Shown here in pieces: positions 51,985 to 64,000 of a stretch of 64,000 nt of DNA. The notes beneath the pieces are model-generated. The model saw only the letters and a list, made by a program, of their open reading frames with translations, searched no databases and had not been told where the DNA came from. The stretch comes from Camelus dromedarius (lineage: Eukaryota). The stretch spans positions 103,666,001-103,730,000 of the forward strand of contig NC_087436.1 in NCBI RefSeq assembly GCF_036321535.1, read 5' to 3'. The position numbers were made by a program, and so were the translations under genes. Positions within the stretch are counted from its first letter, which is position 1, and each line of letters starts with the position of its first letter.

Positions 51985-52925
51985 CATCAGGCTGAATGCT
52001 TGTGTCCTCCCAAAATTTATATGTTGAAATCTAATTCCCCATGGGATGGTGTGTGGAGGTGGAGTTTGGGAGGGGATTCACTTCCAAGGGTGGAGCCTTA
52101 ATGAATGGGATTTGTGCCCTTGTAAAAGAGAACTCCTTGGTCTCTCTTACTGTTGCTGGAGAGTAGGTTCTTGTCTCATCATAGAAAGAATGCAAAGACA
52201 AGACACAGAGATCAAGAAAGTAAAGTGAGGATTTACTGTTAGGTGATAGCATACTCCCAAGGGAAGAGCAGACAGACTCAGGTGAGTAGCTGGGCTGAGT
52301 TTCTTTGGCAAGCTGGTAACTTATATGGGGGCAAAACTGAATGGGCGGCATATTCCTAGGGCAGGGAGGGGTTTGGGGTGGCATTCCCTCATTTCTATCC
52401 CAGCTCGACCTTCCTGAGGGGAGAAGGGATTTTTGTCCTTAGTTAATCTTGATTGGAAGTGTCATGGCCTTGGTGCATGATGGGTACTTCCAATCTGCAA
52501 GGCTAATTTTATTGTGATGAAGGCATAATGAACAAAAGGTTTCATTCAGACACTGGAGATGCCTGCCTTTTCCCGCCTTTCTTTGCCTGCCTCCGGGACA
52601 TTCATCACTTCAATATGTGTGATTTCTTATCAGTCGAGAGGCTCTTACTTTTCTGTCTGCACAAGGGCTCCCCTTGTTCACAAGATGTGTGGTTTCCTGC
52701 CATTTGGCTCGTGCCCCTCCTTCTCTGCCCATATCTAGCTCTCTGCCTGCTCCAACCACCTGCGAATGGAGAAGCAGGCCCTCACCAGACAAGGAGGACG
52801 CTGGCACCTTGATCTGAGACTTCCCAACCTTAAGAGCTGTGAGAAACACATTTCTGTTGTTTACATCATTTATGAGCCACCCAGTCTATGGTACTGGGTT
52901 ACAGCAGCCCAAATGGACTAAGACA
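51985..52925 (+). mobile_element. MaLR solo LTR (MLT1A-like) split by an ERV LTR
   Basis: 5' part ctgaatgcttgtgtcctcccaaaatttatatgttgaaatc...atgaatgggatt; 3' part ggccctcaccagac...gctggcaccttgatct...gcagcccaaatggactaagaca. Confidence 0.88.
52151..52756 (-). mobile_element. ERV1-class solo LTR, probably lineage-specific, nested in MLT1A
   Basis: Interrupts colinear MLT1A; starts tgttg. On the minus strand it shows CCAAT (about 52452-52456), a GC box, TATAA (about 52320-52325) and AGTAAA (about 52233-52238) in LTR order. Confidence 0.75.
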
Positions 52926-53272
52926 CTCGGCTGATTGTTTAATGTTCTTGGAGGCTTAGGTTCTTCCTCTGTGAAGCCAGGATAATAACACATACCTCAG
53001 AGATTTCTTGTGATGAATAAAAGGGTTAATAGGTGCAAGGCTCATGGCACATGTCAAGGTCAGTAAGGTGTATTTATCATTATAATTCTGAGCTTGTGTA
53101 GGTGTAGACCTGAGGAGGGTCAGCCAACACCAGCACAGTCTTTGGAAATAATCCCTTTGAAGGGTAAGAGAATGTAGTGGAATTGGATTCCATAAATTGC
53201 TCTTTCGCTGTGCCTGACGGCGTGAAAGCAGCTTCCCCAGAGTGGCTTGGTCCCCCAAGGCCCCTTACTTAC

Positions 53273-53370
53273 CAGGAGAATCTGCCTCCCCGACGTGTGC
53301 TCTGCTCCTCCTCCTCCTCACATCTGCACTGATTAGCAGGGAGCAGATTGCCGGAGACCCAGGAGAGCAC
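53273..53370 (-). other. Candidate 98-nt spliced exon, product unknown
   Basis: Minus strand: tttctgtttcctag|GTGCTC...TCTCCTG|gtaagt; splice-site sequence only, no homology recognised. Confidence 0.3.
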
Positions 53371-54439
53371 CTAGGAAACAGAAACGCCATGCCAAGAACA
53401 GGCAAGGCTTTGGAGCCCAGACAGGTAATGGGGTCGAAAATGAAGATGTATTAGGGCAAGAGGACTTACAACTCTGCTGATTAAGTGATGAAGTGAATGG
53501 AAATGAAAAACGTGGCATAAATTATTAAGGAAATGCTCGCAGCTCCAGGCAGAGGCAACCAATGAAGGAGGCTGGATATCGTTAAAGGTTACAGAGCAAA
53601 CCGGCAGCTGTAACCTGGGGCCTCTCCTTTGTTACACAGAGAGGGGTTCTACTTCCCGTGTTTTCTGTATTTGTTAATGGCCTCTCTATTTTCATTCAAA
53701 TATGTTTTTGATTCCCTGATTAGCTTGCTCTGCCCACTGAATGAATATAGGAAATGACTTCAGATTAACATAAAAATACGAGTTTATGCCTATAATCTGA
53801 ATAATGGGGCTGAGATATTTAGATAAGACTTTTGGATTCTAGACAGTATATTTCAAGTAACAATTCAGACAGCCAACTTCAAAATGCTTTTCCAATCAGC
53901 TATGCAGGGACCCTGGACGGAATTCTCGAGTTATCACTGCAGCAGTAAACAATCTGATGGGAGAAAGGAGAGGTGATGAAGTAGATTCTGGTCAACGGAA
54001 ACCTGTGGGGAGATTTGCCCCCCTATGCAGGTACTTTTGCGGGGGAAGCTTTGAGCATATTTACCAATTGATATATTTTTTCATTTAAGTTGTGATTGTG
54101 TTTTCTCCCCCGACCACAGGTGCACAATGGAATCAGAAGTTCTCTGTTTCTCTCTGTCTTTCTCACTTTCTGTCTCTCTCTCTTTTTTACCTAGAGATAC
54201 TGTCTCTGATAGGTTGCTGGAGGCAAGATTTTGTGGCTTAGAGTTTAGGTTAGCAAAGGTCATGCAAGATGCAGTTCCCCCATCTCAGTTCTTAGAAGCC
54301 TCATTGTGCTTCCTATTTTGTCGGGATTACAGGAGAGGGAATCTGCCAGTTAACCCCCTTCCCTTTGAACTAGTTTAAGGGAGGTTCTCAGGTCTCACAA
54401 AGGTAGCTAGCTGATTTATATGAGGCTGGAAGTCTCTTC

Positions 54440-54545
54440 ATCACATTCCTGACAAGTGGCCATTCCGACTTTGCTTGAATACCTCCTGTAATGGCAAACT
54501 CATTACCTACCAATGTCTCTCATGCCATTTGTAGACAACTCTTCT
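54440..54545 (-). mobile_element. L3/CR1 fragment
   Basis: ctttgcttgaatacctcctgtaatggcaaactcattacct. Confidence 0.55.
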
Positions 54546-54949
54546 TGGCCAGACACACAGGGGCAACTGGTGGAAATAAACATTTCCATCAATTAATCAA
54601 TCAATTAAGCACATTAAGTCAAAGATGAGAATGTAGATATAACCCAAGCAAGAGAAGTGAATCACAATCTTCTTATACATACTTCCCACAAACCCTCTTT
54701 CCTCCAGGACTGCCAGCCTGTGCACACAACAATGCATCAGGAAGAATGGAGTCTTTTCATCACTTTGGTCTCTGTCCAGACGTGGACCACCAGAAGGATG
54801 GTTTTAAAGAAAAGACAAGAAATTACTCAGGAAACATTATTAAGTGCTGTGTCTGCCTCCATTAGATTAGAGCTGATGAGTCATAAAAGTTGCCTTTGTA
54901 CCTTTTTTTGGCCCATATTTCTTTGTGTAAAATTGTGTTTTTTATTCTG

Positions 54950-55290
54950 GGGACAGAAGTAATATATTTTCATTGTGGAAAATCCAAAAACATGGTAAAG
55001 TACAAAGAAGAAAACAAAATACCCACTACCCACCGATAAATTCTGTCATTTTGGTGTTTTTTGTTGCTGTTGCTTTACTTAATTGGGATCATATTTTTCA
55101 TAGTGTTTTGTAATTTGCCTTTATTTAACATAACAATCTACTGTGAACATTTTTCCAAGTTATTGCATTTCTTCTTCAATGTAATCTTCAATGGCTGTAG
55201 TGTTCGTGCACATACAGGTGCCATGATCTATTTATACAAACTTCTATTTGTAGTACATACATATGTTATTTATTTATATACCTGTTTACA
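54950..55290 (-). mobile_element. L1ME-type 3' fragment
   Basis: cattgtggaaaat...aattgggatcata...gttttgtaatttgcctttatttaac...gtgaacatttttcc...aatggctg. Confidence 0.7.
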
Positions 55291-55484
55291 GCACTGTTGA
55301 TAGGCTATTAGCAGCTTGACATAATATTACATCGGAGAGATCAGGAGCTCTGGGACTGCATAGGAAGAGCCCAGAACCTAGACATACAAGGTCAAGGAGA
55401 GCTTCCTGGAGGAAGTGACACGTGCGCAGTACTTTTCAGATTAGAAAGCATGATAGTACACATTATCTATTTAGTCTTCACAGT

Positions 55485-56008
55485 TGACCGAGATGGTCTT
55501 ACCATTACCCTCACCTGACAAACTTCAGACAGATTTCTTCCTGACTTGAAACCCCAACCTCCCTTTTCTTATTTACTTTAGAAAAACCTGTAAATTCTTT
55601 GCTTCTTTGAAATGAAAATCTTTTTAAAAAGCTTCTTGCCAGTTTTACAGCCCAAGAATGTCTTTCTCAAGACACTGGGAGCCACCCATTGGCAATGCAA
55701 TACCGAGGAAGAGGAAACCCCTCTGCCAGTTTCTCTAGGAGGGTAGGAGCCTCGCTTTGGCAGGCACCTTGCTCTAAGCTGTAAAACTACCTGCTGTCAT
55801 GAAGATAATGACGAAGTTTACTTTTTCCTTTAAGCGAAGCCAATTAGCAAACACAGATGGCCTGGGATGCCCCCATTCCAGCTCTTAAAAGCCCTCTAGA
55901 CCTTTGTTTCAGCAGAATTAAGTTTATAATGTATTCTGACCTCTCTTCCCTATTGGAATAGTCTCCAGTAGGGTCCTTCTTGTCTGTTAAACAACTTTTG
56001 CTTTAACA
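55485..56008 (+). mobile_element. ERV1 solo LTR (MER67-like) inserted in a MIR
   Basis: tga...aca termini; cctcccttttcttatttactttagaaaa, gaatgtctttctcaag...gggagcca, agggtaggagcct, ccaattagc; MIR antisense pieces on both sides. Confidence 0.7.
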
Positions 56009-56199
56009 CCATAAAAGTCTTAGACGGTGTCCCATCCTATTGTACAGGTGAGGAAAACATGCCTGAGAGAGAAGTGAGCAAGCTAGGAAATCCGTGAGCA
56101 CCTAGAGTTGATGTTGCTGTGATGGTTGAGTTCTCTTTGAATTCCCACACGCTGTGCTGATACATAGAGGTTGAGATTAACCAGGGTGGTTTAATTACA

Positions 56200-56370
56200 C
56201 TAATGAGAGTCCTGAGGGCTGGTTGGCTCCTCCATGGCTTCTTCCCCAACAAAATGAGAGCAATAAGAGTACGTACTTACAGGGTTGTTGTGAAGATTAA
56301 ATGAGTTAGTACATGAAAAGTGGCAGGTCCTGGGGCATAGAGAATGCTAGTCTTATTAATGTCATTATCC
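56200..56370 (+). mobile_element. MIR
   Basis: aaaatgagagcaataagagtac...agggttgttgtgaagattaaatgagtta. Confidence 0.8.
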
Positions 56371-56537
56371 TGATTACCATGACAGAGCACTGATTTTAGA
56401 CTCAGAATAGACTGGGATGGAATATCAGCTGTATCATTTACTGAGAGAATGAATTAAACAATTAACGTGTGTCCTTATATATTGTTGAAATGTTTAAATT
56501 AAGTAGTGTATGCAAAGCAAATCATTGACATTGGTCC

Positions 56538-57132
56538 TGTGGTAGGCAGAATCCCAAAACGGCCTTTAAGGTTTCTATTCACTTAAACACTAATCTATAA
56601 TCCTTTATAAGTACTGCAATAAAGTTTGCAAATGTAATTAAAATCCCAAATCAGCTGACTTGAAGATACAAAGATATCTGGGTAGGCCTAATCTAATCAC
56701 ATAAGCCCTTTAAAAACAGAATATTTTTTCTGCTGATCAAAGAGAAAGTCAGAGATTCCAAATGTGAGAAGGATTCAATATGCAGTTGATGTCTTTGAAG
56801 ATGGAGGGGGCCACACAGAAGGACCTAAGAACAGCCTCCCTGGAGCTGAGGGTGACCCCCAGCTGACAGCCAGCAAAACACTGTTCTTACATCCCAAGGA
56901 ACCTGCACTTCAAAGAACCCAATTCTTCCAACAACCCAAGTGAGCATAGAAGTAGATTCTTCCCCACATTCTACAGATGGGAGCACAGCTTGACCTACAT
57001 CTTGATTTCATCCTGAAAGACTCTAAGAACACAGCCAAGCCCACCCCAAGTTATAACCTACAGAGCCATGTGATAATAAATAAGCCACTACATTTGTGGT
57101 CATACTTTATGCATCAGTAGAAAACGAATGCA
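56538..57132 (+). mobile_element. MaLR solo LTR (MLT1E-like)
   Basis: tgtggtaggcagaat...tttgaagatggagggggccac...cagctgacagccagcaa...taagccactacatttgtggt...gtagaaaacgaatgca; gtcc on both flanks. Confidence 0.85.
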
Positions 57133-58289
57133 GTCCATTAGTTACATGTGAAGTTTCTTTTTTCACCCCAAACCTCTATTAACCACTGTCAAACCCAAAC
57201 CAAAGGCAGAACCAGGGTCAGCCAGGTAACACATTCTTTCCTGTGTGTCGATATCCTTTGGCCCAGGGTCAACGTACTGCATTATCCCCCAAAGGACACG
57301 ATGGCCACACACACGGATGCCCTGGTTAAAAGTCTAGGGCCGCCTCAAGAGTCCCTTTGAAAATAGACATGCTTTTCAAGCCTCAGTGCCAATGCACTAA
57401 AGAGATCAGACTGTTTTCAAATTTGAGAATCACAGGCAAGTCCATTTGTACCTTTTTATTGACATTTCTGACCTTGCTGGGAAAACATGTTATGTTTTGC
57501 TATAAAAATTATCAGAGAGTGCAGCTTGCTGAGTGATATTTTATATTAAAGGACAGAGCACTCAAAGCCACTCTCCTTGAAGGAGTCCTACTGCCACTAA
57601 AAATCTCTAGGATCTTGGTGAGACTTTCCACACACACCCCTCCCCCGCCCGCCAGCATCACCTCAACAGTGTTAACTGGGCCTCAGTGTTAGCAAATAAT
57701 TCAGTAGATGGAACCATGGTGTGACATTTTCTTGATTGAATCTCTCCAGCAAGCTTCAGTGCAGTTTTAAGTCTAAAAGTAAACTTAAAGTCTTAGGCCA
57801 TATAAGAAAAAAAAAATCATTTCTTGAAAGTTCTTGATGAATACCGAGGATACCTGTGAACATCAGTTTTGTTTGGATGTTGATTCTTTTGACAAGTCTC
57901 AAAATTAAAGCCAAAAATCAAATTAGGATCAAATAAATAACTAAGCAAGCCCTCTGGGCTCTACATCATTCTGTTCAGGTTTCGTTGGCTAAGATAGAAC
58001 ACTTTTTATGTTAGGAGAACTGTGCTATGCATCCGTAATCTACTTACTCTGAAACATCAGAATGTCCACGTTGGCCAGCATTCACTCATAATTCAATTAA
58101 GCATTTGCTCATTTATGTTAGGGACAATGAGAGGTGCTGAAGATACAAGTTTGAAGGAGACATCATCCATATATTTAAAGAGGGAAGGCAGATATTAACC
58201 TTTATAAGGAACTCAAGCTGCCCTTTCATCCTATGAATGGATCAAAATTAAAAGCTGAAATATTGTGTTATATTAATAAGACAGTTGGA

Positions 58290-58500
58290 CAATTGAGGGT
58301 CAGCTCTGGCTTCCTACCCACTAGCCATGTAACCTTGGGCAGGTCATATGTGACCTCTAAGCCCCACTTCCATCACGTACAAAGTAGGAGGTGCGTATAA
58401 TGAGACAATGAGGGTATTGTGAAGATGAAAGGAGATGGTCCATGTAAAAACACTTAGCACAGTGCCGGGGCCATGACAGGCAAGTGGTGATGATGGCTAT
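58290..58500 (+). mobile_element. MIR
   Basis: ctagccatgtaaccttgggcaggtca...tgtaaaaacacttagcacagtgcc. Confidence 0.85.
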
Positions 58501-58749
58501 CATCATTATAATTATAACGATGATGGTAATAAAAGGCCTTACTTGGCACTTGCTAGGTCCGGGGGAGAGTGGATTTTTCTGCATCATTAGTGAAACAGTT
58601 AAAGCTCTGGCTCCCATGAGGTGTGACTTTTCTAATTTGTCCCTTTGGATTGCTTGTCAGCACAATGCAGTTCTTGGACTCCCGGTCAAGAGGCCATCCC
58701 CACCCTGGAGGGGTTCAGTGTGACAAGGCATGAGCCCTGTGAAAAGAAG

Positions 58750-59100
58750 AGCTCATCGGTGCTTGGGAAGCTTCCCAGAAGAGGGCAATATTCTAGGTGA
58801 AGAAGAGAATGACATGTAAGGACTAGTGTTATGATGTACTCAGAGGTGGTTGGAATGGCCAGACCATGTCTGAGAGGAAGGAGATGGTCAAAGATGAGAT
58901 CAGTAAAGTAAGGAGCATTTTATGAAGACCTTCCTGTACCATGCCAGGGAGTCTGATGCTGAGCATGTTGTGTAGGGATGTGATATGCTCAAGTCTACAT
59001 TTTTAAAAAGATCACCCTGGTGGCTATGAGGATGGAGGTATGGGAAGACAAAATGAGAGGTTGAGATCTCAGGAGGCTGTTAAGCTGGAGAGGGAGGGGA
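58750..59100 (-). mobile_element. L2 fragment
   Basis: catttttaaaaagatcaccctggtggct...caggaggctgtt. Confidence 0.65.
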
Positions 59101-59101
59101 T

Positions 59102-59103
<2 letters not shown>

Positions 59104-59173
<70 letters not shown>

Positions 59174-59177
59174 TATA
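59104..59177. repeat. (TA)32 microsatellite plus a short extension
   Basis: Read directly from the sequence. Confidence 0.97.
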
Positions 59178-61786
59178 GTCATAATGATGTAGAATAGGGA
59201 AGATTTTAAGCACAGAACCATAAAGGAATATTACATGGTATCATGACCCCATGATTATGGTAGACCATGACCCCTGGAAATTCAAAAGCTCCAGAATGTC
59301 TTGCTGATGCTACAGTAGAACTTACAGTCAGATCCCCTCTGCTATCTAAGCCATCTTCTCCCTTTCTGCTATGAAAGTTTGAGGTTTCCAGTTCCTCTCA
59401 CAAGCTGTTCTCAGTCTTATGTTCTCTTGGTCCATGTTAAGCCTTGAACGGCATCCTTTGTGCAAATCACCGAGCCCTAAAGAACGTTTTTCAAAAGCAC
59501 GAACAGCAACTGATCATTGCACTAACCACGTTTCCACTTACTCGTGAACTGCTACTCCTTTGGAGAGGGAGAAACCAGGTTTGAGATAATTAGCATGTGG
59601 AGAATGGTACTATCCCTGTAACTGCTGGCAACTAGGTTATGACTCTGTTACCACTTTCTGGTGCAAAGAGGATATTTTCATCTCAAGGGCTGAAAATTTC
59701 CGTCTTAAACCAACAACTGTATCAACTAATTCACTTGCAGCATTTTCTTTTGTGGATTTTCTCCTGATTTCATTATTTTTTTAGTCATTCTAAATTCAGC
59801 TTCGATTAATAATTTATACTTTTGCAACCAACAACATTTAGTGAAATTTTTGACTTGAAACTTGCCTTACTGATTAATTTGCTTCTTTAAAACTAGAACC
59901 AATATTATATTTGCATTTAGTTTAAAGAAATGAGATTACTCTCACTGAAATTACACATACCCAGGAGAAGAATTTACAACTGGCAAAAGTCATAATGATT
60001 TACTTTCAGGTTGGTTTTTTGTTTTGAGGGTTTTTTTTTTCCAACTCTGATTTTGTAGGTTTTTAAAAATTATTGTTATGTTTTTGTATTTCAAAGCAGG
60101 GCATATCCTCAAAATGGCTACGAAAACTAAAATGGGTGCTCCTTTTTAAGTCAGAAATAAGTTGAAGTTGATAAAAATAGATCTTTTTGTCTTTACTTCT
60201 AACACTGTGCAAGAAACTAATAGTAATACAGCAGACATAATGGTAATATAAACTTCTTAATTACAGACATTTTGCCAGGCTCCAGAAGACTGCCCATTAC
60301 TTTCAGCACTAGTCATGATGTACCATGCTTGAACTTTGAGAAAAATTTACATTTGAACAAAAGAGGTTCTAGCCTCTGCTCCAGCACATATTTTTTGATA
60401 AATCAGCAATCTTCTCCATATCTCAATCTCCTCATCAGCATTTGGCATGCTTAAAAGTACCTTTAATCAAGATGATTATATAATTTAGTGGTATAGCAAA
60501 ATAAACAGCCATAAAATATGTGAATTGTCCACTAGAGTTTATTTCAAAATAAGAGCCAAATTGAGAGTGATAGCTATTAAAATAAATGCATAGAATTCTT
60601 GAAAATCCAAACTAGAATGTGTTTTCACCAAGGCAGTACTTACAAATATTTGTTTCTCTGATTCCCTCTTAATGTACTTTAATAAATACGATAAACACTC
60701 GATAAATTTGTATTAAATAAATAATTGATTGACTGAAGTTCTTCAGCAAGATGACATTTAGGTCCCAGATTCAGCTAGGTCTATGGAATATGGAACAGTG
60801 AATCAGGACAGAGCTCCAGCCACTGCCATAGGAAGCAAATAACAGACAAGCTCTAGGTCTCCTTTGGTCATCTAATGAGACACATAACTTCCAGCAATCT
60901 CTATTCACTTTTCTTTACACTGGATTTTTTTTTTTTTTTGTCTTTTCTGTACTGAGCTAGACCGTACAACAACACTTTTCTATAGAAATACACTATTTGA
61001 TCTAAACAGAGAATGTGATAGATTACAATAGTTCCTTGGCCAAATATTTAAAAATAGAGAAACTTGGGAAGAGAGCCCTTTGGTTTCCCCACCCCCAAAG
61101 TGCTTAAGATGATTTTAGACAATGAGCTATCAAGGCTGCATTCTCCTCCTGTCATTTATTTTATTTTCCCTGGAGGGACCAATCCATCCACTGATCCTGC
61201 AAACATTCCTGAGGCATCTAACAGTGGCCAGGCACTACACTGGATGTGAAAGTGAATAATAAATACAGCCCTTGACCTCAAGGAGCTCGTAGCCAGATAA
61301 AGAAAAATCTTTCACTGCTTTCAGTGTTACATTAATGTTTCTGATTCTAATTGCCTGTGAATAGCACAAGCCTCACCAGGAGGCTGTGAGATGAACTTCA
61401 AAGAAGGTCAGATGTGTAAAATGCTAAGTCCAAAACCGGGGATAGTGCAAGTGCTCCACCAGCCCCAGCAGAAGACAATGGAATCAGCACCCCCGGGTAC
61501 AGACACTCAGAGTGCTGGAAACACAGCTCTTTCTGAGTGATGGGTGCAAATGGTACTATGATGGGTGACTGAGGGTGTAATGGAATCTGGAGAGGAGAGG
61601 TCCTTGGGGTGTCCTTTTTCATTTGAAGGCTTTGAGAGGATAAAGCAAAAGCCAAGATAATTTCTTTTTCTTAAAGCCAAGCTTTTGCTGAATTTCTGCT
61701 CTGAACAGCAATTCCTCCTTTACATAGGCCCTTCATTTGCTCAGCACTGGTCTGCCTTTCTAAGGTGGCGCTTGAGCCTCTTCGTT

Positions 61787-62323
61787 TGTTACCAAACTCA
61801 GGTCTGGCTGTTTGCTGCTCAAAAGTTGATACTGGAGAAAGGAAAATGTTGGTAGAAAGGCAAGTTGCTTTTAATCAGAATGCCAGCAATCTGGGGAGAT
61901 GGTAGACTCAGTGTCCCCCAATAACCGTCTCCCAAGATTCCACTCAGCCATGGAAGTTTTAAAGAGAAAAGGGGAAGTAATTTCAGTTAATCACTGAGAT
62001 AGGGGGGGCAGAGCCATTGCCATCCTCCACTGCATGCAGCTTGTGACCTTTTCTTCAGATGCTGTCTTGCTCACAGTTTATTTGAGAGATTACTAAGGGG
62101 AAGCTAGGAAAGAGATCTGGTCATCTGTTAATTACTTATTCTTCATTCTCATGTCTTTGATCTACAGAGAGAACCAACACATTAGGCAAGGTATCGTGTG
62201 ATCAAGATTTGAGAAGTGTGCTTGGGTCAGAGCAGCATAGCATGCGGGTGCCTGGTTGTTAGTTACAAGGTAGCTTTGTTAAAGAGACAGGCAAAGGGGG
62301 TTTCCTGCTGAGAGCGGCTTACA
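61787..62323 (-). mobile_element. ERV solo LTR, probably lineage-specific
   Basis: tgtta...ttaca termini, about 537 bp; gaaaggcaagttgcttttaatcag places an ATTAAA poly(A) signal near the left end on the minus strand; no clean TSD seen. Confidence 0.7.
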
Positions 62324-62539
62324 CACCGAGCGACCTCAGTGGTCACTGAACACTAGCACTACGATGCCAGGAGGTGTGCAGACAGGCACCCTGCTGAGAC
62401 CGCAAATTAAGAGCCGCTCTCCCCAGGTGACCACGAGGGTACAGATGAGGCAGGTAGCACAACACACAGACTTGGAGAAAGGAAGGCTCTCTGCCATATT
62501 TCTCGTCACTGGGAAATGACTGTTCTAAAAACCTGCGAG

Positions 62540-63260
62540 TCATCCTGGATCTGCCCTCTGTCTCCCTCTGTCTCTCTCTCTCAACCCTTTTGTTTCATCA
62601 ACAACCAAGTACTAAAGGCTTTGTCTTCTAAGTATTCTGGAAATGACCTCTCCTCTCTGCCTGCCTTGGGTTGGACCTCTGCAATGGCTTCTTTCCTTAC
62701 CTTGTTGCCTTCAGTCTCAGCCATCTGCCACTCATCTGTTTAAAACATGTCTATGCCCCTTCCTGTGGTTTCCAAAGCCCTTCACATCCTTTCTCCTGCC
62801 TAACTCCCCAGCCTCATCTTCCACAGCGCAGTCTGGCACTTCGCCCTCCAGCACTCATGCTGCCCCTTGGTCTGGATGTTCATCCTTTAGAATAGCTGAT
62901 GGCATTACCTCCACTTCCAGTGACTAACTCATCCAGATTTGCCTGAAAATTTCTAGGGTTTACACATCCCAGAAAATTCCCCCTCGGTCCCCACCCTCTC
63001 TAAGTCTTCTTTGCCCCTCGCTGGTCAGGTCAGTACCCCTCCTCTCTGCTCCCATAGTGCGGGTATTCTGTCATCACCACGTGTAGCATAATTATTCATT
63101 TATTTATCTTGACCCACCCTTTGGCTCTGAACTCCTTACGGGCAAGGACTGGGTTCATTTCTTTTCTTCTTTTCTCTGTCTCCACATAGCATGATGTATG
63201 GAACACAGTAGGCACTTAACAGAAAGGAAGGGAAGGAAGGCAAGAGAGAAGAAGGATGGA
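62540..63260 (+). mobile_element. L2 fragment to its 3' end
   Basis: gtcttctaagtattctggaa...gactgggttcatttc...ggaacacagtaggcacttaa. Confidence 0.7.
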
Positions 63261-63479
63261 ATAAAAGTAAAACAAAAGACTGAGGTATGTTATAGTAAAA
63301 TACGTTGTTGAACTTCAACAGACTAAGACATCCTGGGCTTCTCAGTCACCAAGCATTTTAAATATGGAGTACCTGTTGATTTCATTTTTTCCTCATAAGT
63401 GAACTTCTTTCTATGATAATACATCGAAGTCGAGAGCAATGTACTGTTTAATAGGCTATCCTTTCTAGGGATATATTAA

Positions 63480-63917
63480 CTGGGGACTAAGGATGAACGC
63501 TAAAAAGCTACTATAACAAATAGGTGTCAATGTTTCAATAGTAGGACATAATAGAAATCTATTTCTCACTTAGATGGAGTTGAATTTAGAAAGTAAGCGT
63601 TCCTCGTGGGCAGGCGGCTCTCCTCCATGTGGTCATTCAGGGTCCCAGGCTCCTTCAGTCTGGTGTCTCTACTGTCCCCTGGAGATTAGAGTCCTCTCAG
63701 TCCAGGAGGAACACAGGCAAGGAGCCTGGACAAGAGGTTATGGGAGGTTGTATAGGTCTGGCAGGGTTTCTGTGCATCACTCCCTTCTCATCCCATTGGC
63801 TGGAACTCAGCCCATGGCCGCACCTACCTGCATGGGGAGCTGGGAAATACAGCCTAGCTGTGCGCCCAAGAAGAAGCAAAAACAGGTTTGATGAATGACT
63901 AGTCAGCTTCTGCCACT
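63480..63917 (-). mobile_element. MaLR LTR (MLT1K-like)
   Basis: gtggtcattcagggtcccaggctccttc...cccattggctggaactcag...ctgggaaatacagcctagctgtgcgcccaagaagaa...tctgccac. Confidence 0.75.
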
Positions 63918-64000
63918 CCTCTGAAACACGACTTCCTCTTACAGGCTGGGCAAGCTTGGGAAAGTCTCCCTCAGACCCAGCTTTCTTACCAGTAAAATCA

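Noticed and set aside
52151..62323. A 10-kb provirus bounded by the two minus-strand LTRs
   Set aside because: I see no similarity between the two LTRs, and the interval is filled with ancient MIR, L2, L1ME and MLT1 rather than gag/pol/env.
595..63898. Short ORFs (60-142 aa) in the ORF track as protein-coding genes
   Set aside because: None resembles a protein I recognise. Many begin at non-ATG codons or lie in LTR, L2, MIR or microsatellite sequence, and their lengths are what chance gives in six frames.

Overview
Mammalian, most likely camelid (alpaca/llama/camel), non-coding genomic DNA. It carries three tRNA-Ala-derived SINEs of the camelid Vic-1 type and cetartiodactyl-type L1 3' ends. 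I recognise no protein-coding exon, RNA gene or CpG island, and the short ORFs in the track look like chance ORFs, many within repeats. The window is intergenic or deep-intronic. It is a mosaic of ancient eutherian repeats (MIR, L2, L3/CR1, L1ME, MaLR MLT1 and ERVL/ERV1 solo LTRs, hAT MITEs MER5/20/53/58/94/102) with younger lineage-specific insertions and microsatellites. The most notable sequence-level observations are: (1) an exact 120-bp tandem duplication whose junction holds an inverted templated copy that creates a new hairpin (38240-38497); (2) a MER53 palindrome with apparently compensatory changes in both arms; (3) a 98-nt minus-strand segment with strong splice sites on both sides (53273-53370); (4) SINE tails with AATAAA runs and a T-tract. 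I found no convincing novel multi-gene system. Repeat family names come from recalled consensus similarity, not a database search, and most boundaries are approximate.
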